Below are positions 37,072-45,468 of a stretch of 64,000 nucleotides of DNA, one piece after another (positions within the stretch are counted from its first letter, which is position 1; each line of letters opens with the position of its first letter). The stretch lies in assembly GCA_964604415.1 (NCBI GenBank), contig CAZRYT010000002.1, forward strand, positions 4,059 through 68,058, read 5' to 3'. The DNA comes from an uncultured Candidatus Saccharibacteria bacterium. GTDB lineage: Bacteria; Patescibacteriota; Saccharimonadia; Saccharimonadales; CAZJQT01. The notes beneath the pieces were generated by a model. It was not told the DNA's origin. It did not search any database and saw only the letters and a program-made list of their open reading frames with translations. A program made the position numbers and the translations under genes.

Positions 37072-37830
37072 ATGGAATTTACTGAACATGGACTAGAGTT
37101 GACTAGACAAGAAGCAAGAGACGTAGCGGAAGTATTTAGTATCACAGCAAGCCTGAACAATTGGGGGCCACTTAGTGGCGTTGTTCATGAGCCAACCACA
37201 GAAGAACGAACTGAGGCCAGAGGCTTGGTATGGCAAGCTGCACCGACTTTAGGTCCTGACTTTGCAAACCCGAATATGCTTGAAGAAGATAGGTTCATCC
37301 TTGGTGCTGAGCATTTTCCGACAGTTAAAAGAATTGCGGAACTTGCCTTGGATAATTCACAAAAGATTATCTCAGGACTATGTACACCAAATGTGTGCGA
37401 CGGCTACCGTAGCGAATGGCGCCCAGCTGCTTACCATATTCTCGCCATGACTGCCGAAATCAGCGAAAAAATTCAAATACTCGAGCAAAATCCTAGTATT
37501 TCTCCTGAAAGCCTCAACGCAAAGAAAGTTCCTTCTTATCCACCCGAAGTGGAACACGAAAAAACAATAGAAGAACGAACGATTGAAGTTGGTCAGGCTT
37601 TACGAGAACGCAGACAAGCTCTGGGGTACAATCAAGCAGAAATTGCTCGAATGGCTGGGATGACTCGAACGTATTTAAATATGATCGAAAACGCAGAACG
37701 ACCGAAGGTTTCCGACAAAAATAAGTACAAACTGTGGCCCTCTAGGAAGATGCTTACAGGTCTCTCGGTAGCATTAGATTTAGATACAGACATGTTACTA
37801 ACTTTAGCTGGATACGACGTAGACGCTTAG
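37072..37830 (+). CDS. unknown N-terminal domain fused to a C-terminal XRE-family HTH
   Basis: ALRERRQALGYNQAEIARMAGMTRTYLNMIENAER is an HTH_3-type motif. The start follows the previous stop by 1 nt. Confidence 0.65.
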   Translation: MEFTEHGLELTRQEARDVAEVFSITASLNNWGPLSGVVHEPTTEERTEARGLVWQAAPTLGPDFANPNMLEEDRFILGAEHFPTVKRIAELALDNSQKIISGLCTPNVCDGYRSEWRPAAYHILAMTAEISEKIQILEQNPSISPESLNAKKVPSYPPEVEHEKTIEERTIEVGQALRERRQALGYNQAEIARMAGMTRTYLNMIENAERPKVSDKNKYKLWPSRKMLTGLSVALDLDTDMLLTLAGYDVDA

Positions 37831-37848
37831 GTAGGTTACAATAAACGC

Positions 37849-38442
37849 ATGAAAATTGTTGGGATTGGCGGTTTGCCTAGGAGCGGCAAGGATACATTGG
37901 CAGAGATGCTCATGAAAGAGGGCTATTTTGGCTTTTCTTTTGGTGATTTTACTCGCAAAAATGCCCGTGACAGACACAAAGACAAGTCAGATCCTATCTC
38001 CGTAGCCAATATGACCGAGACATCTAATTGGCTGCGGGAAACCGGTGGCCCGGATGTGATTTTGAACGAGGCGCTCAAGGAATTTAATGAAGCCCAGACA
38101 TCCGGCAAAGACTATAGAGGACTGGTTTTGTTCAGTGTTCGTGCGCCAGTAGAAGTGGACTGGATTCTTGAACACAAGGGTGAGCTTATTTGGGTGGAAA
38201 CAGATGATAAGATCCGCTATGAACGCGGTTTGAATGCTCTACGCCCCGGGGAACCCAAACTTTCTTTTGAAGAATTTATGCGCCAAGAAGCTTTGCAGTG
38301 GCAACCACAACCAGGAATTCCCGAAGATGCTCAAATGAACATCAGCTATGTCAAACAACATGCCACCAAAACCGTCGTAAATAATGGTAATGACGTCAAT
38401 AAATTCTTGCAAGTCGCTCAAAATGCTCTCGGTTTGAACTAA
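37849..38442 (+). CDS. P-loop nucleotide/nucleoside-monophosphate kinase-like protein (dNMP-kinase or CoaE-like)
   Basis: GIGGLPRSGKDT Walker A (the SGKDT type seen in dNMP kinases). TACAAT lies 6 nt upstream of the ATG. Confidence 0.55.
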   Translation: MKIVGIGGLPRSGKDTLAEMLMKEGYFGFSFGDFTRKNARDRHKDKSDPISVANMTETSNWLRETGGPDVILNEALKEFNEAQTSGKDYRGLVLFSVRAPVEVDWILEHKGELIWVETDDKIRYERGLNALRPGEPKLSFEEFMRQEALQWQPQPGIPEDAQMNISYVKQHATKTVVNNGNDVNKFLQVAQNALGLN

Positions 38443-38464
38443 TTAACAGAGTATACTTTTAGTT

Positions 38465-41089
38465 ATGACGGAGAGGAAAAAACTGGCGATAATTGATGGT
38501 AAGTCAGTCTTTTACCGTGGCTATTACGCCATGCCCAGCCTTAGTACCAACGATGGTACGCCAACTGGCGGAGTTTATGGCTTTGCCACCATGGCTCTGG
38601 AAGTTATTAAATTGCTCAAACCTGATTATGTAGCTGTGGCTTGGGACAAACCCAAAACTAACATCAGAAAACGCCTGGCTATGTACCCGCAGTACAAAGC
38701 TAACCGCAAGCCGGCACCGGCGGATTTTAAGATCCAAATACCTCTGTTACATGAACTACTCAGAGCTTTTGGCTGGCCACTTTACGAGCTAGACGATTAC
38801 GAGGCTGACGACATCATGGGCACCCTGGCCGTGCAGGCAACAAAAAAAGACATCGAGACCATGCTCATAACGTCGGACTTAGATATGTTGCAGTTGATTA
38901 ATGACCACACGCACGTTTACGCGCTCAAAAAAGGTCTCAGCAACATAGAATTGTTTCACCCAGAAAGCTTTGAACAAAAATACGGCATTAGCGCCGAACA
39001 ATTCTTGGACTTGAAAGCCCTAAAAGGCGATAGTTCGGACAATATTCCAGGGGTACCGGGCATTGGTGAAAAAGGCGCCATCGAATTACTCAAGCAGTTT
39101 GAAACCTTAGACGGTGTCTACGATAACCTGGTTTTAACCAAAGAAACCATCCGCAAAAAACTGGAAGCCGGCAAAGACCTAGCCTACCTGAGTAAAAAAT
39201 TAGCAGCTATTTGGACCGATGCCCCGATCAAGCTGGACCTCAAAGAAGTTGACGGCACCAAAGCCGAGCCAGAAAAGATTAGGGAAGTCTTGCAGAAACT
39301 GGAGTTCAAGTCTCTGGTGCGCCAACTGCCCCAAATCATGCAGATAAAACCGGAGGATGAACCCAAAGGCCAATACACACATAAATCAACAGAGGTAAAA
39401 GTTATTAGCAGTGATGCTGAACTAGCCAAACTCAATCTCAGCAAAACTGACAAATTATTTATCCATAGCCGCAGTGCCGGCAAACACGGTAAAGATCCAT
39501 TAACACTAATTGTTAGCCCAGACGGCAAAACAACCTATGCCATTGATCTAAATAAAGTATCAGCCAAAGCCCTCGGCTCTCAGCTTGCTGGTGTTGCGGT
39601 CATAGGCTTTGACGTCAAATCAACACTGAAAGTTCTGCTGGAGCTAGGCTTGGAATTACCGGAGGTTGCTCACGATGTCTTGATTGGTGCCTTTCTGCTC
39701 AATTCACTGCGCCGTGACCAGAGTCTGACTGATCTAGCCAAAGCCGACTTAGATTTTGAAGGCTCGCTGGAAGATCTGACAAATGAGGAGTTGGTGGAAC
39801 GGGGCAGTGAAATCATCAGTGTTATCAGCGCACTGTATAAAATTCAGGTAGATGGCTTTGCCAAACTACCTAAAATTGCCAGCCTGGCAGAGGTTATCGA
39901 ATGGCCGGTTATCACAGTGCTAGCCCGCATGGAACACACCGGCATCCAGTTAGACGGTAAGTACCTGGGGCTAATGTCAGAGAAACTAAATGACGCCATT
40001 TCTGACCTTGAGCAACAAATTTACGGCTACGCCGACCAGGAATTTAACATCGCTAGCCCGACTCAGCTGGCTGATATTTTGTTCAACAAGCTCAAACTAC
40101 CGACGGCCACCATCAAAAAAGGTAAGACGGGTTACTCAACCGCGGCTAGTGAACTAGTTAAACTACGTGAAGCCTCGCCCATTATCGATTTTATTAGCCA
40201 ATTCCGAGAGGTTACCAAGCTCAAAAACACCTATGTCGATACTTTGCCGACTCAGGTTGATGAAAATTCACGCTTGCACACAACTTTTGCCATGACGGTG
40301 GCCCAGACTGGGCGTTTGAGCTCCAATGACCCGAACTTGCAGAATATCCCTGTTAAAACCGAGCTAGGCAAGCAAATTCGCACTGCATTCGTGGCTGGTC
40401 CTGGCAAAATGTTTGTCAGCGCCGACTATTCACAGTTTGAACTACGCATTGCCGCTTATCTGTCCAAAGATCAGCGGCTGATAGATATGTTTAACAAGGA
40501 CGTAGATGTCCACTTGGCCACCGCAGCCGAGGTTTATGGCCGGGCTGAAGAGGACGTTACCAAAAACATGCGCCGTGAGGCCAAGGTTCTAAACTTTGGT
40601 GTCATGTATGGCCTGGGCGCGCACGGCATGACTCAGCAAACCAGCCTGAACTACGAACAAGCCAATAGTTTTATCAAAAAATACTTTGAACTTAGACCCA
40701 AGCTAAAAGAATACATAGATTCCGTCAAAGAGCAGGCACAAAAACAGGGGTATGTTGAAACTATTTTTGGCCGCCGCCGCCCCACACCGGACGTGCACTC
40801 ATCCAATTTCGTCGTCCGTGAAGCCGCCATGCGGGCGGCTGTGAATATGCCATTTCAAGGCAGTGCGGCCGATATTATGAAACTAGCTATGGTCAAACTC
40901 CAGAAAGAACTAGACGGCACCAACTGCAAACTACTCCTGCAAATCCATGACTCTGTCATCGCCGAATGCGATGAAAAAGACGCCGAGAAAATGGCCAAAC
41001 TATTCAAGGATGTGATGGAAGCTACCCACAAGCTACCCGTCAAGCTAACAGTAGATACATCTACCGGCAAAAACTGGGGCGAACTATAA
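38465..41089 (+). CDS. polA: DNA polymerase I
   Basis: 5'-nuclease N-terminus. Pol motifs DYSQFELRI, RREAKVLNFGVMYG and QIHDSV. The ExoI DxE position reads FIHSRS, so it is probably deficient in 3'-5' exonuclease. Confidence 0.96.
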   Translation: MTERKKLAIIDGKSVFYRGYYAMPSLSTNDGTPTGGVYGFATMALEVIKLLKPDYVAVAWDKPKTNIRKRLAMYPQYKANRKPAPADFKIQIPLLHELLRAFGWPLYELDDYEADDIMGTLAVQATKKDIETMLITSDLDMLQLINDHTHVYALKKGLSNIELFHPESFEQKYGISAEQFLDLKALKGDSSDNIPGVPGIGEKGAIELLKQFETLDGVYDNLVLTKETIRKKLEAGKDLAYLSKKLAAIWTDAPIKLDLKEVDGTKAEPEKIREVLQKLEFKSLVRQLPQIMQIKPEDEPKGQYTHKSTEVKVISSDAELAKLNLSKTDKLFIHSRSAGKHGKDPLTLIVSPDGKTTYAIDLNKVSAKALGSQLAGVAVIGFDVKSTLKVLLELGLELPEVAHDVLIGAFLLNSLRRDQSLTDLAKADLDFEGSLEDLTNEELVERGSEIISVISALYKIQVDGFAKLPKIASLAEVIEWPVITVLARMEHTGIQLDGKYLGLMSEKLNDAISDLEQQIYGYADQEFNIASPTQLADILFNKLKLPTATIKKGKTGYSTAASELVKLREASPIIDFISQFREVTKLKNTYVDTLPTQVDENSRLHTTFAMTVAQTGRLSSNDPNLQNIPVKTELGKQIRTAFVAGPGKMFVSADYSQFELRIAAYLSKDQRLIDMFNKDVDVHLATAAEVYGRAEEDVTKNMRREAKVLNFGVMYGLGAHGMTQQTSLNYEQANSFIKKYFELRPKLKEYIDSVKEQAQKQGYVETIFGRRRPTPDVHSSNFVVREAAMRAAVNMPFQGSAADIMKLAMVKLQKELDGTNCKLLLQIHDSVIAECDEKDAEKMAKLFKDVMEATHKLPVKLTVDTSTGKNWGEL

Positions 41090-41670
41090 TGTTTTTTGCT
41101 GTGATTCACAGACCCGAAGCAGATTTAGAAGAAATAAAAAGGATTAGTAAAAAATACGATCCTTATTTTGACCTGATAGAGCCACATGTAACTTTGTTAT
41201 TCCCAATAAAAGATTCGGAAGTTTCGCAGCAAGAACTCGTGAGTCATATAAAACAAATAGCCAATAGTACTGATCCATTTAAGGTTGAATTTAATTCTGA
41301 CTCCACTGAACTGTCATTTGATCAATGGTTGTTTTTAGTCCCCACTCAAGGGAAGCGCGAATTCAACGAGCTACACGACAAATTATATAGTGGAGCTAAC
41401 CATAGATTCTTGAGAGAAGATTTACCTTACTCTCCGCATGTAGGAATGGGACATTTTGCTAAACAAGCTACTAAACAGGACCTAAAAGATTCAAAAATCC
41501 TTGATCTGGACGAAACTAAGTATAAAAAAGCCTTGGATGAAGTAAAATCAGCAAAAACTACACTTCAATATACTGCTACAGAGATAGAACTCATTGGTGT
41601 GGATGATAATTACGAAAAATCTTGGACTATTCAAAAATTTAAACTTGGCAAAAACTGGGGTGAGTTGTGA
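41089..41670 (+). CDS. 2H phosphoesterase (LigT/2',3'-cyclic phosphodiesterase-like) superfamily protein
   Basis: HVTLL (HxTx) and a second motif HVGMG in which the Thr position is Gly. TAATG overlap with polA. The C-terminal GKNWGEL duplicates the polA C-terminus. Confidence 0.5.
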   Translation: MFFAVIHRPEADLEEIKRISKKYDPYFDLIEPHVTLLFPIKDSEVSQQELVSHIKQIANSTDPFKVEFNSDSTELSFDQWLFLVPTQGKREFNELHDKLYSGANHRFLREDLPYSPHVGMGHFAKQATKQDLKDSKILDLDETKYKKALDEVKSAKTTLQYTATEIELIGVDDNYEKSWTIQKFKLGKNWGEL

Positions 41671-42272
41671 ATGAAACTACTACTGAGAACTTTCGGGAAA
41701 AATATTATCCTAGAGAAGGTTTTGATCCAATCAAGGTTAGGATTGAAGGTGATGCACCAGCCGAATGCTTAGAAGCATTAGACCAAGCAATGCGACTGTT
41801 GGACAAAGCTCTTGGTGAAAATCTGTATAAATTATGCGCTGGATTGGAAATTAGCATAGTTGATGATTTGGCTACAGGGGGAGGAGGACATGCCATAGCA
41901 GAAGAAAACCGAATAGAGATGGACAAAACCAAAAGCGCCATGTCTATCAATGAAGCCAGAAAATATTTAACCAGCCAAGGCATTATTGAAGAGGGTGAAG
42001 AAATCGGTAATCTTATCGGCGAAAGTGATGAACCCTGGAGCGAGATGGTACCGGGTTTAATCCATGAGGTCGGCCATATTATTGATTGGCGGGCGCCAGG
42101 CAATAAATACCAGCGCCTAGATCCGGTAGATTCACCGACCAAATACGGCCAAACAAAAGGCCCACACGAAGCTTTTGCAGAGGCCTTTACTTACTGGGTA
42201 TATGATTTGCCACAATCAACAGAAGTTACGCACATCGTAGAAGAAACTGTGCGCCAGAACAAGGGCAAATAA
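41667..42272 (+). CDS. putative zinc metallopeptidase-like protein (HExxH)
   Basis: LIHEVGHIID HExxH motif with a downstream EAFAEAF. GTG start in a GTGA overlap. Confidence 0.5.
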   Translation: MNETTTENFREKYYPREGFDPIKVRIEGDAPAECLEALDQAMRLLDKALGENLYKLCAGLEISIVDDLATGGGGHAIAEENRIEMDKTKSAMSINEARKYLTSQGIIEEGEEIGNLIGESDEPWSEMVPGLIHEVGHIIDWRAPGNKYQRLDPVDSPTKYGQTKGPHEAFAEAFTYWVYDLPQSTEVTHIVEETVRQNKGK

Positions 42273-42805
42273 TGAAAAATTACCTAGAACAAATTGACCA
42301 ATATGCTAAGGAGTTAGAGAACTTTGTCAGTGCTCATAATCTGCCAGAAGCTTGGTTTGCGCAGCCTGACCATGTAGCTATCAAATGTGCTAATGGCATG
42401 GACTATGAAGACACCATGGAAGAATTAAAAGACGAGGCAGAACAAAGAACTGAAGTTGAGATGCATGGTCGCCGCCTAGGCACAGTCAAGCTAATCAGCT
42501 CTGTTGCATTGGGTAATTTTGGTGATGTTAGCTGGGTTGAGGTCATGGAACCTCGTCCAGAAAAAGTTGGGAAGGACCTGGTTGGGCTTGATCATGCTGA
42601 GTTTCATTTCCCGAACTTCAAGCCAGTAAAAATAACTTTCAACATGCGTGGGATTCATTATGAAATGCCGAAAGATAACCCAGAACATCAATCTATCAAT
42701 GTAATCATAAATAAAGTAACGGATCACGAAGTTAAATTTAATGATAAGACTTTGGCTGACATTGTTGCCCACGAGCTCAAAGAGGGAAAGGCAAGAGTAT
42801 TATGA
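42272..42805 (+). CDS. YecM-like VOC-superfamily protein
   Basis: PDHVAIKC, VEVMEPRPEK...GLDHAEFHFP and EVKFNDKTLADIVAHE parallel E. coli YecM blocks (recalled from memory). TAATG overlap. Confidence 0.65.
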   Translation: MKNYLEQIDQYAKELENFVSAHNLPEAWFAQPDHVAIKCANGMDYEDTMEELKDEAEQRTEVEMHGRRLGTVKLISSVALGNFGDVSWVEVMEPRPEKVGKDLVGLDHAEFHFPNFKPVKITFNMRGIHYEMPKDNPEHQSINVIINKVTDHEVKFNDKTLADIVAHELKEGKARVL

Positions 42806-43116
42806 CTAAGGTTTATAACAAACTGGTCAGGGATAAAATCCCGGAAATTATTGAAGCCGATGGCGGTAAACCGGTAACCCGAATTTTAGAAGAAAACGCG
42901 GTTATGCCAGCACTCATTCTGAAGTTTGACGAAGAAGTAGATGAATTTGTTGTCGATCCGTCTCTAGGCGAATTAGCTGACATCCAAGAAGTTGTTCTGG
43001 CTCTGGCTGGCTTAATTGGCGTAACGCCAGAACAATTAGAACAGGCTCGTGCAGAAAAAGCTGAGGCTCGCGGTGGTTTTGATAAACACATTTTTTTGGA
43101 GAGAGTCGATGACTGA
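42802..43116 (+). CDS. all-alpha NTP pyrophosphohydrolase (MazG/PRA-PH-like house-cleaning family)
   Basis: YNKLVRDKIPEII N-terminus and EEVDEF...ELADIQEV acidic helices. ATGA overlap. Confidence 0.65.
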   Translation: MTKVYNKLVRDKIPEIIEADGGKPVTRILEENAVMPALILKFDEEVDEFVVDPSLGELADIQEVVLALAGLIGVTPEQLEQARAEKAEARGGFDKHIFLERVDD

Positions 43117-43717
43117 CTTGCGCCAGGAAACGGTTGATACCTACAACAAGTCCGCCAAAGAATTAGCTGAGTATTTCCGTGGTATTGGTTCACGAACTGA
43201 CGATATCGAAAGGGGCTTGAAACTGGCAGGTAATCCGAAAATTCCCAATATTTTAGAGATTGGTTGCGGCGATGGCCGTGACGCCAAAGAAATAGTAAAG
43301 CTAACATCCAATTATAAAGGCTTCGACATATCCGAAGGCCTGATAAAGATAGCCCGCAAGCACGTACCAAGCGCTGACTTTGAAGTTGCCGACGCGATTA
43401 GTTACAAATATCCTAAGAATCTGGACGTAGTTTTTGCATTCGCATCTCTGTTACATTTAGACAAAGCTGAAGTAAGATTGGTACTTGATAAGGTGCATGG
43501 AGCCTTAAAATCTAACGGTATTTTCTACATTTCGCTCAAATATGCTGCGAAATATAGAGAAGAAACCAAAGAAGACCAATTTGGCCGCCGCATGTTCTAC
43601 TTCTACAAACCCGAAATCATCGAAGGCTTAGCGGGCAATAACTACAAAACCCTAAAAACATGGCGCGAAACCCACGGTCACACTGAATGGTTTGAAATAG
43701 CTCTTCAGAAAATCTGA
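43109..43717 (+). CDS. class I SAM-dependent methyltransferase
   Basis: ILEIGCGDGRD motif I. Start MTDLRQETV overlaps the previous gene by 8 nt. Confidence 0.8.
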   Translation: MTDLRQETVDTYNKSAKELAEYFRGIGSRTDDIERGLKLAGNPKIPNILEIGCGDGRDAKEIVKLTSNYKGFDISEGLIKIARKHVPSADFEVADAISYKYPKNLDVVFAFASLLHLDKAEVRLVLDKVHGALKSNGIFYISLKYAAKYREETKEDQFGRRMFYFYKPEIIEGLAGNNYKTLKTWRETHGHTEWFEIALQKI

Positions 43718-43723
43718 CGAATA

Positions 43724-43752
43724 TTGCAAAAGTTGCATAGCAGTGTTATAAT
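43724..43752 (+). promoter_or_regulatory. promoter TTGCAA-17-TATAAT
   Basis: Read directly from the sequence. It serves the gene starting at 43771, which has a GAGGTG SD. Confidence 0.55.
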
Positions 43753-43770
43753 ATGCTCATTCGAGGTGTT

Positions 43771-44340
43771 ATGAGATATTTAATAGCTGTCATTTTAGTA
43801 ATTCTAGTCGTGGTGTTCGGCACCGTGGCGTTACTGCGTAGTTTTAATGGTGGCTCTAAAACTTCTAAAGCCCTTAAAATTACCAAAATGGCTGACTTTG
43901 ATAACAATACTAACGCAGTTGTCAGCTGGACCATGCAAGGCCGACTAGTTGGCGAGAACCAACGCCGTTCTTTGCGTATTACTGTCACCGAATCAGAGCG
44001 CACAGCTGAAATCCTAGATGGCTACGAACAAACACCTGATAAAACCCAGACAGAAGGTAACACCCAAGCGGCTTTTGCTACCTTTTTACGCGCCTTAGAT
44101 AACCTAAACTTTGGCCGTCCTAGAAACTTCAAAACTAGTGATGAGCGTGGTTTTTGCCCAACAGGCAACCGTTTTGTTTACCAACTAGATGATGGTAGCA
44201 ATCAAGTTTTTAGAACATGGGCAGATTCCTGCCAATCTGGTGATGGCACTTTTGGTGGAGTAGCAGCAACTACCGGCACACTATTCAAAGCCCAAATCAC
44301 TGACTACGGTAAATTTATTTTTAACACTAGTTTACAGTAA
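43771..44340 (+). CDS. membrane-anchored extracytoplasmic hypothetical protein
   Basis: N-terminal TM helix MRYLIAVILVILVVVFGTVALL and two Cys in the ectodomain. Confidence 0.6.
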   Translation: MRYLIAVILVILVVVFGTVALLRSFNGGSKTSKALKITKMADFDNNTNAVVSWTMQGRLVGENQRRSLRITVTESERTAEILDGYEQTPDKTQTEGNTQAAFATFLRALDNLNFGRPRNFKTSDERGFCPTGNRFVYQLDDGSNQVFRTWADSCQSGDGTFGGVAATTGTLFKAQITDYGKFIFNTSLQ

Positions 44341-44360
44341 TAATTTGTTACAGTAGAGCG

Positions 44361-44915
44361 GTGATTAAAGCCGTTGTTTTCGATTTCTTTGGGGTTATCA
44401 GCTCAGATGAGTATTGGGACTTTATAGGTGTTGATAAACAAAAGCCTTCAGTTTTCCGTGAGATTAGTGATCAAACCAATCTGGGCAATATTAATTGGCA
44501 AGCTTTTTTACACAAAGTAGCCGAAGTTAAAAAAATAAGTGTAGACGAGATTCAAGCTGTCTATGAATCAGAACAGCTAAATCCTCAAATCCTATCTCTA
44601 ATCGAGACTCTGCACGCTAAGTACAAAACAGGCTTACTCACCAACGCCCATCATGACTACATTGATCAAATCATAGAAAAAGCACATCTACGTGATTTGT
44701 TTGATGTACTGGTTATTTCTTCCCGAGAGGGCGTAATCAAACCAGATCCTAGAATATTTCAGATTATGCTGGATAGGCTAGGGGCAAGTCCTGAAGAAGT
44801 AATTTATGTTGATGATCAGCAAAGACACGTTGAAGCAGCTAAATTATTAGGGATCAGAGCTATTTTGTATCAAGACTACCAACAACTGGCGCAAGAGTTA
44901 GGCGAGCTTTTATAG
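44361..44915 (+). CDS. HAD-family hydrolase (subfamily IA-like)
   Basis: GTG start. VVFDFFGVI motif I variant, LLTNA motif II, K...VDD motif. TACAGT lies 6 nt upstream. Confidence 0.75.
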   Translation: MIKAVVFDFFGVISSDEYWDFIGVDKQKPSVFREISDQTNLGNINWQAFLHKVAEVKKISVDEIQAVYESEQLNPQILSLIETLHAKYKTGLLTNAHHDYIDQIIEKAHLRDLFDVLVISSREGVIKPDPRIFQIMLDRLGASPEEVIYVDDQQRHVEAAKLLGIRAILYQDYQQLAQELGELL

Positions 44916-45024
44916 CACAAGTGGTATAAAGCCAAGTTTTTTTGTGTTTTTTGTCACAAAAGCTTAAGCTTCTTGACTAGCGGGGTTATAATTTAATTAC
45001 CTTAACTAAAACAAAGGAATAAAA

Positions 45025-45222
45025 ATGACCCTCACAGAACAACCACTTTTGTATGAATTATACGAACATGGCAGGGACGTCGGTATGGTTGTTGGCGGAC
45101 TTTGCTTGGACGCACAGTATTTTGAAGACCAAGCTGAAGCAGCCGGACATGATACTGAGGTCCTTGTACCACTAGCTGATACCGCCCTAAGGTTGGCGCT
45201 AGTTACTGATCCTGATAACTAA
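45025..45222 (+). CDS. small acidic hypothetical protein
   Basis: 65-aa ORF with an AAAGGA SD-like sequence. Confidence 0.4.
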   Translation: MTLTEQPLLYELYEHGRDVGMVVGGLCLDAQYFEDQAEAAGHDTEVLVPLADTALRLALVTDPDN

Positions 45223-45441
45223 TCTCTTATCCGTTTTACAAAGCTCTTGTAATTTATGAAGTTCAATACGTAGTGCCCCAGCCAAAGACGCGCTTTTTAC
45301 CCCGATTATTATTTGCTGAGGTTGAACCGTTACCAACACTTCATCGTAAAAGTGCTTTCTGACGTAATCTTTGATAATCCTGATCTCTGGTGGGGCGGAG
45401 AAATCTTTTTTGCCTAAGATGTCACCAATCGCGTCTGTCAT
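45199..45441 (-). CDS. small protein, possibly DUF721/DciA-like
   Basis: 80-aa ORF. QIIIGVKSASLAGALRIELHKLQELC resembles the DUF721 core (L.V.V.S.A.A.EL). TACAAT lies 7 nt upstream. Confidence 0.35.
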   Translation of the reverse strand: MTDAIGDILGKKDFSAPPEIRIIKDYVRKHFYDEVLVTVQPQQIIIGVKSASLAGALRIELHKLQELCKTDKRLVIRISN

Positions 45442-45448
45442 ACCCCGT

Positions 45449-45458
45449 ATTGTACAAT
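45449..45458. promoter_or_regulatory. 10-bp palindrome ATTGTACAAT providing TACAAT -10 boxes on both strands
   Basis: The minus-strand copy is 7 nt before ATG 45441. The plus-strand copy is 10 nt before the mutM ATG 45469. Confidence 0.5.
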
Positions 45459-45468
45459 GGATACCACT

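Noticed and set aside
43753-43770. ATG 43753 as the start of the 43753..44340 ORF
   Set aside because: It directly abuts the TATAAT -10 box (43747..43752), so it would lie upstream of the transcription start. ATG 43771, after GAGGTG, begins with a typical signal-anchor helix.
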